Positions 10,562 through 20,180 of a stretch of DNA of 64,000 nucleotides are shown piece after piece. This DNA is from an uncultured Oligoflexus sp. (GTDB taxonomy: Bacteria > Bdellovibrionota_B > Oligoflexia > Oligoflexales > Oligoflexaceae). The stretch covers positions 1-64,000 of the forward strand of contig CAXSGP010000010.1 of the NCBI GenBank assembly GCA_964236955.1. The letters are read 5' to 3'. The notes under the pieces were generated by a model, which was not told the DNA's origin, made no database searches, and saw only the letters and a program-made list of their open reading frames with translations. Every line of letters starts with the position of its first letter. Position 1 is the stretch's first letter. Made by a program: the position numbers and the translations under genes.

Positions 10562-11170
10562 TTAGGCAGGCCAACGCTGCAGCGCCTCGGTCACCTCAAC
10601 CAAGGGCAAGCCCACGACGTTGGAGTAGGAGCCTTGGATCGAACGCACAAGAAATCCACCAATGCCTTGTATTCCATAGCCTCCCGCCTTATCGAAGGGC
10701 TCCTTGGTTTGCACGTAATAGGCGATTTCCGCTGGACTAAGCTCCTTAAAGAAGACCAGAGTTTCGACCGCAAAGCTTTCTCGATAGACCCCGCTGCGAA
10801 TGTCCCCGACCAGCGATACTGCGGTAATCACCTTATGGGAACGCCCCGACATCGACGTCAGCATGCGAATGGCGTCGCTGGCGTCGACCGGTTTTTCCAA
10901 GACGAGATCATCGAGCATGCCTATCGTATCGGCACCGATCGTGATCACCGGCTTCGAGCGATTGCTGCGGCCCTGATAGACAAGCTCGGCTTTTTCCATG
11001 GAATTTCGCTTCGCGTAGGCCATGCCGCCCTCTCCGACACGGTGCTTTTCTTCGATCGAGGGCGAGACGACATCGAAGGCGACCCCGAGGTAAGCGAGAA
11101 GCTCTTTGCGTCTCGGCGAAGTGCTGGCCAGGATAAGGCTGAAGGGAAAGTTCTCAAGAGCGCTTGGCAT
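10562..11170 (-). CDS. maf: Maf-family nucleoside triphosphate pyrophosphatase (YhdE-like)
   Basis: LASTSPRR, GADT, LEKP, KAGGYGIQG and NVVGLP motifs. Confidence 0.95.
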   Translation of the reverse strand: MPSALENFPFSLILASTSPRRKELLAYLGVAFDVVSPSIEEKHRVGEGGMAYAKRNSMEKAELVYQGRSNRSKPVITIGADTIGMLDDLVLEKPVDASDAIRMLTSMSGRSHKVITAVSLVGDIRSGVYRESFAVETLVFFKELSPAEIAYYVQTKEPFDKAGGYGIQGIGGFLVRSIQGSYSNVVGLPLVEVTEALQRWPA

Positions 11171-11810
11171 GCTGTTCCCATTTCTTTTGGATTGCAAATC
11201 GACTCAACACCCCCTCTCTTAGAATAGTCCAGCCACCATCTTCTTCAATGCGAATTAATGTTGAGGGAGCGGCCGAACTTTGATGCCATTCCACGGGCCG
11301 CGGCATAAATCGAGGAATATAGATGTTTGGACCCAGATCCTGAACTAAAGCGACGGCAGCCGCCCAATCCGTGGCGCTGGGCTCGCCGGACCTGTTCACG
11401 CTCGAACTTGGAAACGCGGTATTCAGTCGAATCAATACCTGATGCATCCACGCCGTATCCTTGGTCCATTCGGGCATGCGTAGCCCACAGCTTCCGTCGG
11501 CTGCGATCAGCGACTTCGGACATTTCTCCGAAGCTTTCCAGATCACGCTCAACGAGGAGGGCCAGAGGTCCCTGAGGATCTCATGCCAGGCCGTGGGCAA
11601 GGTTTGCCAGTAGCGCGAAGCCTGTTCCCAACTTGAGATCAGCGAGATCGGACTTTTCTCGGCCGGCCTATGCTTTAGGGCCAGGAAAGCCTGCTCAGCT
11701 GCCGGGGAATTCGGATTAAAGCTAAGACCGGGCAGGGTATCTGTGGGATGAAGACAAACTTTTCCGGACATCCAGGCGCCAGCATATTCATCGATAGATA
11801 CCATAATCAT
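11154..11810 (-). CDS. tsaC: YrdC/Sua5-family threonylcarbamoyl-AMP synthase
   Basis: PTDT..GL, KxR (KHRP), SSSVNRSG and PST...ILREG motifs; coupled to purE through TGAATG. Confidence 0.8.
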   Translation of the reverse strand: MIMVSIDEYAGAWMSGKVCLHPTDTLPGLSFNPNSPAAEQAFLALKHRPAEKSPISLISSWEQASRYWQTLPTAWHEILRDLWPSSLSVIWKASEKCPKSLIAADGSCGLRMPEWTKDTAWMHQVLIRLNTAFPSSSVNRSGEPSATDWAAAVALVQDLGPNIYIPRFMPRPVEWHQSSAAPSTLIRIEEDGGWTILREGVLSRFAIQKKWEQHAKRS

Positions 11811-12311
11811 TCAGCCTTCAAATATAACGCGGTTTTTACTATCGGTCTCCAGAACCTGAACGGTCTGGGATTTACGATAGCGAATCAGTTCCTGAGCAAG
11901 TCCCGTATCATGCGTCGCGATGATTTGAATCGCGAAAATAGCTGCATTGGTGAAGCCCGCCTTACCCAAAGTCATCGTCGCCACGGGAATACCCGCCGGC
12001 ATCTGACTCATCGAGAGGAGAGCATCAAGGCCTGCGGTCGCGGCATTGGCAACGGGCACCGCCAGCACCGGGAGGTTCGTCTGCGAGGCCACGACTCCGG
12101 CGAGATGCGCGGACATACCTGCAACACATACCACCACTTGGCCACCTTTGGCTTCAAAAGAAGCGATGAGCTCCTCGACCAAGGCTGGCGAGCGATGGGC
12201 GGAAGCGATACGGAGTTCATAGGGGATCTTAAACTCGCGCAGGATCTCCTGGCCTTTTTCGGTGATAGTAAGATCGCTGTGACTTCCCAGCAAAATAAGA
12301 ACTTTAATCAT
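11811..12311 (-). CDS. purE: N5-CAIR mutase
   Basis: GSHSD, SAHRSP, AGMSAHLAGV and QMPAGIPVAT motifs; start moved to ATG 12311. Confidence 0.96.
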   Translation of the reverse strand: MIKVLILLGSHSDLTITEKGQEILREFKIPYELRIASAHRSPALVEELIASFEAKGGQVVVCVAGMSAHLAGVVASQTNLPVLAVPVANAATAGLDALLSMSQMPAGIPVATMTLGKAGFTNAAIFAIQIIATHDTGLAQELIRYRKSQTVQVLETDSKNRVIFEG

Positions 12312-12339
12312 AGCCTGGCACCCTTCTGTAAATGGCGTT

Positions 12340-13647
12340 CTACACAGATTTTTCCATGGACAATCCGATATCGCGACGGAACTGGACTCCGGTCCAGTTC
12401 CTCGTGAGTTCATCGATATGCTGATACGATTTTCGCCGGGCTTCCGTGATGGACTCAGCGTGGGATACAACCGTCAGCATACGGCCTTTGCCCGTCAGGA
12501 GTTGATTGTTCTCCAGCCGGACCGCTGCGGCGAAGGAACAGAAATTGGCATCGGTGTTGGTAAATTCAGTCTTCGGCACTACATAACGGCTGGTCGGCCG
12601 CTCCCCAAAAGGATAACAATTGGAGGCGAGAACCACACCGACCGTGGCACCGGTATTCCGCGCGGCATCGGCGGCGAAGGTTTTATCTTCGGGAAGCAGG
12701 CCCAGTTTCCTAGCGATCAGACGGGCCCAGTCGCGCTTATCATGAACCGCAAGAACCTCAGCCTCGGGATCGCCCAGACGGGCATTGAATTCAACCACCG
12801 CAAAGCCGTCGTCGTTCCACATGAGGCCGACATAGAGACAACCGGTGTAAGTCATGCCCCGTTTCGAAAGTTCGTGGACCAGGGGATCGACGACCCTGGC
12901 CATCACCTGATCCCCGGCATCAGCAGGCAGCCAGGGCACGGGCGTATAACAGCCCATGCCGCCGGTATTGGGACCGATGTCGTCATCCTTAAGCCGCTTA
13001 TGGTCGACGGCAAATCCTAGAGGGGTCGGCAAACCTTCGCCCATAAAGACAAAGAAAGAGCATTCCCTACCTTTTAGAACCTCTTCGATGACCACGGTTT
13101 CAGCTGCCCGCGCCATCCCGGAATAATAGAGCCGATAGCAGGCATCATCGATACTGGCTTCATCAAAACAGACGAAGACGCCCTTGCCCGACGCCAGACC
13201 GCTGGCCTTGATTACCGCACCTTTGGTGCGTTGCAGGCATTCGAGAGCTTTGACACGACACTCAGCTTCGCCCCTCGCCACATAAAAAGCCGCTGTCGGA
13301 ATCCCCGCGGCGGCCATGACGTCCTTGGAAAAGGCTTTAGAGCTTTCAAGCTTCGCCGCCGCCTGCAAGGGCCCAAAGCAAGGCAGGCCCAAAAGCTGGC
13401 AGGAATCAGCAAAACCATCGTCGAGTGGCTGCTCCGGACCGACGACTACAAAATCGATGCCCTGATTCTTCGCATAGCGGGCAAGATCTTCCCAGCGCGC
13501 ATCATTCTCGAGATCAAGCCGGTGCCCATGAGCCATCATTGCCTCGGACCCCGGCCAGAACCATAGCTCATCAGTAATATCGGACTTGCTGAATTTCCAG
13601 GCGAGGGCATGCTCGCGTGCACCTGAGCCAATAAGCAAGATCTTCAT
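12340..13647 (-). CDS. purD: Phosphoribosylamine-glycine ligase
   Basis: GSGAREHAL, GPEQPL, LESSKAF, KASGLASGKGV, GPNTGGMG and EFNARLGDPE motifs. Confidence 0.97.
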   Translation of the reverse strand: MKILLIGSGAREHALAWKFSKSDITDELWFWPGSEAMMAHGHRLDLENDARWEDLARYAKNQGIDFVVVGPEQPLDDGFADSCQLLGLPCFGPLQAAAKLESSKAFSKDVMAAAGIPTAAFYVARGEAECRVKALECLQRTKGAVIKASGLASGKGVFVCFDEASIDDACYRLYYSGMARAAETVVIEEVLKGRECSFFVFMGEGLPTPLGFAVDHKRLKDDDIGPNTGGMGCYTPVPWLPADAGDQVMARVVDPLVHELSKRGMTYTGCLYVGLMWNDDGFAVVEFNARLGDPEAEVLAVHDKRDWARLIARKLGLLPEDKTFAADAARNTGATVGVVLASNCYPFGERPTSRYVVPKTEFTNTDANFCSFAAAVRLENNQLLTGKGRMLTVVSHAESITEARRKSYQHIDELTRNWTGVQFRRDIGLSMEKSV

Positions 13648-13793
13648 GGATTCGGTTCCTCTTCGGTAGGTTGCGCACTTGCTCCCACCTTTTAACCAGA
13701 CCCCTCGACCCTGTCAACACTCACGGGATGGCGCGGCTTGATGGTATACTGCTAAGACGGAGTTTTCTTCCTCGGGAAGAGAGCCCGATAAGC

Positions 13794-14771
13794 ATGGCGA
13801 TGAGAGGATATCTCCTGGAAAACACAAATAAATCACCAAAAGAATTTTGGGAAAATAAACGCTACGCCCTGCTCTCGGCGGCAGTGTCCCGTTTTCCTGA
13901 AGAAAATATGACTCGCATGGAGCGCCGTGGCTGGCGTCCGGGAATCATAACCCATAGTATCGACCAATGTTTAAAGGCATTGAATGCCGGCACTTGCTCG
14001 ATTATTGTCGTTCACGACAGCCCCGAAGTACCGGCCAGTTTTTTGCTGCGGGCCCAAATAGTCGATCCGGTCGGCATTATCACCCCAACCTTGGTCGTCA
14101 TCGATCCCGCTCACTCGAGCGAAGCTGCCATACTCAAAGACTTTGGCCAGCCCGACTTGATCAACAACATAAATAATCCCGCGGAATTTACCGACGGTTT
14201 CGAATGGATGCTGCGCCGTTGGTCCACGGGCAATCTCAGGAAATTGATCGGGGCGCGCAAGATCTATATCGGCAAAGATTTCAAAAACGCCGCGCAGGCC
14301 CTGACCGCCCTGCGTAGCGAAGTCGATGTTCAGCATCTTGTCACGCCTTTTATCGCCCAACTCCTTATGAAGCAGAGCCAATTCAAATCGGCAGAAAATT
14401 ATCTTTTGCAGGCGCTGAAGATTCACCCGCGCAACATAGGCCTTATCGCAACCCTTTCTGAACTCTACCTGCGCGCGGCCATGCCAAGCACTGCCCTGCT
14501 CGTACTGGATGCCGCCCGTAAAAACCACGGCACGCTCAGACCCCTTTATGCGGATCAGGTCCAGGCCCACCTGATGCTGAATCAAATCGAAGAGTGCATA
14601 CCGCTTCTGGAAGCTCTCGTTCGGGAAAACTACCGTAGCAAGGATGCCGGCTTTGCTTTGGCCCGCTGCCTGATGGCGGAAGGCTACTCCGAACGCCTGC
14701 AGCGCACCACGGCCCAGATTGACATCAATGAAACCGATTTTAAAAATGCCTGGAACAGGCTGGCCGGTTAA
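13794..14771 (+). CDS. TPR-repeat protein with a receiver-like N-terminal alpha/beta domain
   Basis: TPR-like helices (AENYLLQALKIHPRN; AHLMLNQIEECIPLLEAL; ALARCLMAEG); start codon uncertain. Confidence 0.7.
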   Translation: MAMRGYLLENTNKSPKEFWENKRYALLSAAVSRFPEENMTRMERRGWRPGIITHSIDQCLKALNAGTCSIIVVHDSPEVPASFLLRAQIVDPVGIITPTLVVIDPAHSSEAAILKDFGQPDLINNINNPAEFTDGFEWMLRRWSTGNLRKLIGARKIYIGKDFKNAAQALTALRSEVDVQHLVTPFIAQLLMKQSQFKSAENYLLQALKIHPRNIGLIATLSELYLRAAMPSTALLVLDAARKNHGTLRPLYADQVQAHLMLNQIEECIPLLEALVRENYRSKDAGFALARCLMAEGYSERLQRTTAQIDINETDFKNAWNRLAG

Positions 14772-14835
14772 AGAGCAACGCAGGCGCAGACGTTCTGAAC
14801 TGAAGCCCACGTGCTAAAACCCTAACGAGAGCCCT

Positions 14836-15795
14836 ATGGAAAACCAAAGATTCTTAGCTTTTTGGGGATTGAAGAGTCTGCCTGGAAATGGCCAGATTGA
14901 TCTCGATCAACTCTATTGGCAGGATCGCACCCAAAGTCTTTGCTCCCGTCTGCTCCTGGCGCTGGAAAAGACGGCAAACATATCGGTAATCGTTGCTCCA
15001 CCCGGACACGGCAAATCCACCTTGGCCCGCTGGCTCTACCACCGCATCGATAGCGAGACCCATGATGCGGCGCTTTTTTCTCTGCTGAAGCAGGAGCACG
15101 AAGCCGGATGGCTGCTGCCGCGTCTCGCCGGTTACCTTGGCCTACGGGACAACGCCCAGGACGCGCGCTTGATTCTGCAAAACCTATCGACCGTGCATGG
15201 CAAAATTCTTACCGTCATCATTGACAATGCCCATTTTTTAACCGAAATCGCCGCCTTTGATGAGATTATTTCCCTCTGTCAGATTCAGGCCCTGGTCGAT
15301 TGTCCCATCAATTTCGTACTTTTGGGCAATCCCAAACTCGGCCAGCATATCCAGAATAATCGTGATATTCAGCATCGTCTGGGGCTTTTGAGTGAGCTAC
15401 ACCCCTTCTCCCGCTCGGAGCTGCAGAATTTTCTAAGCCAGACCATGCAAGACATTGGCATCTCGCGACGCACCCTGGTTCCTGAATCCCTGGCCCTTAT
15501 TGCCCAGCAGGGTACGATGACCTTTGCCGGCGTCAATGCTTTACTCGAGGCTTGCCTTTTCGAGGCCTTCCTGAAAGAACAAAAAACGATAAGCACGGAA
15601 ATCGTCCTGGCTGCCTGTGAACATACGGGCATTCGTTTGAAAAAAGACGAAGGTGAAGTCCACAAGGCAAGCAAGATGATCTCGAAGAAGCGCGCCAACG
15701 GCACCGCTCCGATCAAGGCTACGACGACGTCGGGAGACCTGAACTCACTCTTTTACCGAACGAATTTGGACCCCGAAGGCGACGGCGAAGAATGA
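14836..15795 (+). CDS. ExeA/GspA-like AAA ATPase
   Basis: Walker A APPGHGKST, Walker B variant VIIDNAH, VLLGNPKL, then the IQHRL...LHPF pattern typical of the ExeA family. Confidence 0.8.
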   Translation: MENQRFLAFWGLKSLPGNGQIDLDQLYWQDRTQSLCSRLLLALEKTANISVIVAPPGHGKSTLARWLYHRIDSETHDAALFSLLKQEHEAGWLLPRLAGYLGLRDNAQDARLILQNLSTVHGKILTVIIDNAHFLTEIAAFDEIISLCQIQALVDCPINFVLLGNPKLGQHIQNNRDIQHRLGLLSELHPFSRSELQNFLSQTMQDIGISRRTLVPESLALIAQQGTMTFAGVNALLEACLFEAFLKEQKTISTEIVLAACEHTGIRLKKDEGEVHKASKMISKKRANGTAPIKATTTSGDLNSLFYRTNLDPEGDGEE

Positions 15796-15908
15796 TCTTT
15801 GGCCCAAGTTAAGGCGATTCAAGTCCCTGTTGCTGGCGAACGGTTTGCCAAACATTAACTTCCCAGTCCAAGGCTCCCTGCTGCGGCTGTTCATATGTAG
15901 ATGGGCCT

Positions 15909-18900
15909 GTGATTCAAGCTTTTAGAAAGCTGGTGATCTTCCTCGGCATCCTGTTGATAACAGGATACGTGGGCAATCTATTGCTTGATAACCCTTACAT
16001 GCACGGCCTCATTCGCAAGGGCATCAACCATGAGCTTAAGACCTATACCCATCTCCACGTGAAATTTGAAGCCGTGGGCGCCAAGTTTATTCCGCCGGGA
16101 ATCGAAGTCTATGGCATCGAAGTCAAGGATGACGAAGGTAAAAAGCTCCTCAGCGCCGCTCATATGAAAGCCAGTGTATCGATTCGTGCGCTCCTGCTCA
16201 GCCGCAAAGAATTATTTGATATAGAAGTCAACGAACCTCGCCTGCAGCTGCCCCTGCCACCCTTGGCAAAGATTCTCAGGATGGAAAAATTTCCTGACCT
16301 TGGGAAAAGCGAAGGCCCACCCATCTGGCCCCCCAAGCAGCCCCTTCCTTTCTATCGCCTGGCCATCACCAATGCCCAGGTTTCCTTGCATCTGGAGGAA
16401 GCCGCAAAAGAGCTGTTAACCCTCGTCGTTTCGGGCCTTGACCTCGAGCTACTCTTTTCGTCGTGGTCCAGTTTCCAAGTGAATATGACTGTGCTTAAGG
16501 CCAACCTGTCGGTTGACGGTCATCAGCTTCTGTCCGGCGCCAAAGTCGATCTGCGTCTGCAAAAAATAAACGACAGCTTACGGAGCGAAGTATTTCGCCT
16601 CGATTCCCAGGAGATCGATTCGCTGGGACAGATGGTCGTTGATTTCGATCTTTCACTACCGACGGGCCACAGCCGCATACTAAAAGGCCTCAATCTGCAT
16701 CTGAATCAACGGGTGAATCGGGCCAGCTTTGCGCTTCTCGGCCGTTACCTGAACATTCCGAAGACCGATGGTGACGCCGAGGGAAAGATCGATCTGCAGG
16801 TAAAAATCCCATTTGACGACCGCAAGCTTACCTGGGGATTGGATGGCCAGGGCCAAACGAAAAATGCCCGGATCGACGGTTTCAAGCTGCACGAGAGCCG
16901 CGCTGAATTTAAGATTCGTGAAGAAGGCATGACCTTCGAAAGTGTTAGTGTCATCAAAGACGGCAAGGAGCAGGCCAAGGGCAAAGGCTTTCTCAGTTTT
17001 CAAAAGGATTCCCTCATCGATTTCGATATCCAGCCGCAGGGCATGGCGATGAAGGATTTGATGAGCATTCTCCAGGTCGAGGATTTCGAGGCCTTTCAGG
17101 CGATACTGGCCCCGACTCAAATTAAGCTGACCGGACAGATGATGCCCTTTCACCTCAAAGTGGCCGGCAATCTCATCTTCGATCAACTCACCTTTCCCTT
17201 TGTCAAAGGCCTTGGCATGAAATATCCAGCCGCACCCTATTGCCAGCTGGAAACCGAAATCAAGATCACGGCCGATGGCCTTGGTATAAGCAAAGGCCAC
17301 GGCGATTGCCAGGCGAGCGAAAATTCAGCTTTGGGTCGTTCGCCGCTCGATATCACGGGCAAGATCTATTTTAGTCAAAAAGAGGGATTAAATCTCAGCA
17401 TCATCTCCGATGAACTCGATGCCACTTTGCTTCAACACTTCGTCAAGCTGCCTAGCAAGGGCCTAATCCACACTGCCATTAAAATAGCAGGACCTTATGA
17501 TCAGATCGTAATCGCTGGCGATGTGCAGGCGCCAAGCTTTGGCATCACTGGCTTTGAGGCGAGAAACCTGGCCGCGAGCTTTGTTTTGCCAGTGGCCAAA
17601 AACCGCATTGAGATCAAAGAATTATCGGCCCAAATGGGTGCCATCGGCTCGCTGCGGTTGGAAGATTTTGTTTTGGGACTTTCACCTGACCTGCCTTTTT
17701 CCACGCGCATCCATGCCCAGCACCTACCTTCCGATTTTATCCATGACGGTCTCGCGACGAGTCTTGGCAAAGGATCACCACAGATTGGAATTGGATTATT
17801 TGCCGGCCAGCTTGAAGGCAAACTCCTTCTGCCTTTGCAGTACCGGGGCCAGGCCAAGATCGCCCTTTACGATATAAGTATCAACGATCAGCCTCTGCTT
17901 ACCGACGTGAGTGGAACTTTTAAAGGCAGCGCCGAAGGTCAGTCGCTGCGTGAAGGCGAAGCCCATCTTGGTCGCATTCAAGCTCGTTTCAGTATCGAGA
18001 CGAAATTGGGAAAAGCGACTCAGTCGGCGCCGCTGCCCGCTTTCCTCAGGGGCCTTGGCATCGACGACAGGACCCAAATCAAGATTGGGTTTCATACGAA
18101 AAATGACCGGCCCGATCAGTATCGCGAGAATCGGATTGATGAAGCTGAAAACGAGCTCGTTTCCCTGCCCTTCGTCGGCAAGTTCTTTCGCGATCAGAGA
18201 ATAGGCGGCATCATCGAACTCAACACCGAACTCGAAGGGCCAATCGGCCGCCTGCAGGGCAAGATCGATGGCGCTCTTTTGCGGCCCTTCATTTTTGATA
18301 TGCCGGTCTCCGCCTTTTCCTTCTCGGGCTTTCTTGATGGCATGAAACTTCAGGTTCCTGAATTTCGCCACGCTGGGAATTCCCTGGTTGGTCGGCTCAA
18401 CATCGATTTTGGCAATCCTGATCTGCCCTACGACTGGTACATTTATCTCAAACAGTTTGATGCACGGGCGATACTTGGGAAATTTTTTGCCGACGATCCT
18501 CGTAACTATGCCTATCTCACGGCTGAATGGACGATGAGCGGGCAACTCAAAAACTTCTGGAAATCCAAAGGCGAGCTGGCCTTCGTCGACCTCAAGAGCA
18601 AACTCTACAGGAACCTCGGCGGTCGCACCAGCGCCATGGAGCTTAATAGCAGTCAGACCGTGCGCATCGATATTTCCCCTGAAAAGTGGGTTTTTGAAGG
18701 GGACAGACCCCTCAAGCTGCACGGCGATTTCTTCGACCTTCAGCTCAAGGCTGGCAACAATCGACTGCCCGACAGGCTCGACCTGCATATGCAGGGCTCG
18801 GTACGCCTCGATATTCTCAAGAGCTTTACGAATCTCGTGGAAACGGCAAGGGGTGAGCTTGTCTTTGACGGATACTTGAAGGGAAGCCTGGCTGCTCCCG

Positions 18901-20174
18901 AATTCTCGATGCACATCCAGGAACGTAAGCTTGATCCCTTCAACCTCAAAGAATGGAATCCGCTCGCCCTTGGCATCGTCAACTATGGGCCGTCCCTCAG
19001 CGCGATCAATCTCGATGTGGAAGTCAAACAGGACAGACTTGTCGTGCATCGATTCCGGGCCAATAAAGGCCGCGAGGGCAATCTCGAAATCACGGGAACT
19101 TTGCTTTTTGACCAAAAGGGCAAGGATATCTCCCATCTCCTCATCAATTTGGATAGGATAGAATTCTCTCGGCTGCAAATCCCCGTCCTTAAATCGGCGG
19201 ATGCAGTGATAAGCGGCGACCTCACGTTGAGCGGCAACACCTTTCCCTTCAATCTGGGCGGCAATCTTAAAGTCGATCGTTTTCAATCGATAGGCAGTTT
19301 CGATTTGCGGCGGGAGATTATGGCCTCTCTATATGAGTCCAAGCTCTTTACCAGTTCGGGTTCTTCAATCTCTTCGGGGGCCCTGCTTAATCTTGATATC
19401 GGGCTACAGGCCGATCGTTCGATCATAGTGAAGAATAAAACCATCGAAGCCCTGCTCTCCGCCAATCTCCGCATCCGGGGAACCGATAGCCAGCCGCTGC
19501 TTTTGGGCCAGATCATAGCGGACAGCGGTACCTTCAACTATCGGCGGGCCTTTCAGATCACGCAGGCCGTGGTGAGTTTCGATGAACCCGTTTCGCCTCC
19601 TAACCCGCGGCTCGACATCAGCGGCGAGGCTATTATCAATCCCTATAAAGTCACGGTGCAGGTGACGGGCGACCTGGCCGCACCCAAGGTCACCCTTACC
19701 AGCGATCCTCCGACCCGAGATGACGGCACGGCTATCAACAGTCTCGATATCGTGCTTTTGATCACGACCGGCAAGATATCGGAAACGGCCAATAAAACTG
19801 CAGAGAAAGCCTCGGTGAACGAGATTTTCAGTTCCATTCTCGTCTTTGCCGAAGAGCCCATTGAAAAGCTCTTTGATCTGTCGGGCCAGACCGTGGTGCG
19901 CGAGGTTTACATAGATTCCTATCTGCCCGAGTCCGAGGTTCAGCAGCGGCCTATCACCCGCCTGAACGTGCCCTTCAACATATTCAATGCCGCCAACGCT
20001 GTGGTTCAGGTGGATGATGAGTCCAATGCTAAGATATCGTTTGAGTATCCCCTACACGAAGGGATAACCTTTACGGGCAGTCTCGATCGTAAGGCGAACA
20101 AACGAACCGATGCGGAAAACAATCTGCCGAAAGACACAGGCTTTGATTTGAAATTCCGTTTTGGCTTTGACTAA
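15909..20174 (+). CDS. tamB: TamB / DUF490 AsmA-like protein
   Basis: 1421 aa with an N-terminal membrane anchor, a beta-rich body and a DUF490-like C-terminus (NPRLDI...TGDL..PKVTLTSDPP). Confidence 0.85.
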   Translation: MIQAFRKLVIFLGILLITGYVGNLLLDNPYMHGLIRKGINHELKTYTHLHVKFEAVGAKFIPPGIEVYGIEVKDDEGKKLLSAAHMKASVSIRALLLSRKELFDIEVNEPRLQLPLPPLAKILRMEKFPDLGKSEGPPIWPPKQPLPFYRLAITNAQVSLHLEEAAKELLTLVVSGLDLELLFSSWSSFQVNMTVLKANLSVDGHQLLSGAKVDLRLQKINDSLRSEVFRLDSQEIDSLGQMVVDFDLSLPTGHSRILKGLNLHLNQRVNRASFALLGRYLNIPKTDGDAEGKIDLQVKIPFDDRKLTWGLDGQGQTKNARIDGFKLHESRAEFKIREEGMTFESVSVIKDGKEQAKGKGFLSFQKDSLIDFDIQPQGMAMKDLMSILQVEDFEAFQAILAPTQIKLTGQMMPFHLKVAGNLIFDQLTFPFVKGLGMKYPAAPYCQLETEIKITADGLGISKGHGDCQASENSALGRSPLDITGKIYFSQKEGLNLSIISDELDATLLQHFVKLPSKGLIHTAIKIAGPYDQIVIAGDVQAPSFGITGFEARNLAASFVLPVAKNRIEIKELSAQMGAIGSLRLEDFVLGLSPDLPFSTRIHAQHLPSDFIHDGLATSLGKGSPQIGIGLFAGQLEGKLLLPLQYRGQAKIALYDISINDQPLLTDVSGTFKGSAEGQSLREGEAHLGRIQARFSIETKLGKATQSAPLPAFLRGLGIDDRTQIKIGFHTKNDRPDQYRENRIDEAENELVSLPFVGKFFRDQRIGGIIELNTELEGPIGRLQGKIDGALLRPFIFDMPVSAFSFSGFLDGMKLQVPEFRHAGNSLVGRLNIDFGNPDLPYDWYIYLKQFDARAILGKFFADDPRNYAYLTAEWTMSGQLKNFWKSKGELAFVDLKSKLYRNLGGRTSAMELNSSQTVRIDISPEKWVFEGDRPLKLHGDFFDLQLKAGNNRLPDRLDLHMQGSVRLDILKSFTNLVETARGELVFDGYLKGSLAAPEFSMHIQERKLDPFNLKEWNPLALGIVNYGPSLSAINLDVEVKQDRLVVHRFRANKGREGNLEITGTLLFDQKGKDISHLLINLDRIEFSRLQIPVLKSADAVISGDLTLSGNTFPFNLGGNLKVDRFQSIGSFDLRREIMASLYESKLFTSSGSSISSGALLNLDIGLQADRSIIVKNKTIEALLSANLRIRGTDSQPLLLGQIIADSGTFNYRRAFQITQAVVSFDEPVSPPNPRLDISGEAIINPYKVTVQVTGDLAAPKVTLTSDPPTRDDGTAINSLDIVLLITTGKISETANKTAEKASVNEIFSSILVFAEEPIEKLFDLSGQTVVREVYIDSYLPESEVQQRPITRLNVPFNIFNAANAVVQVDDESNAKISFEYPLHEGITFTGSLDRKANKRTDAENNLPKDTGFDLKFRFGFD

Positions 20175-20180
20175 TATGGG

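Noticed and set aside
13784..13791. CCCGATAA upstream of the TPR gene as a sigma-28 -10 box
   Set aside because: There is no acceptable -35 element at 15-16 nt, and it is too close to the presumed start codon.
17796..19286. 496-aa ORF antisense to tamB, and similar shadows at 8294-9253, 10349-11227, 31301-32128, 34213-35106, 38095-39000 and 51743-52756
   Set aside because: All overlap well-supported genes on the opposite strand and lack family motifs.
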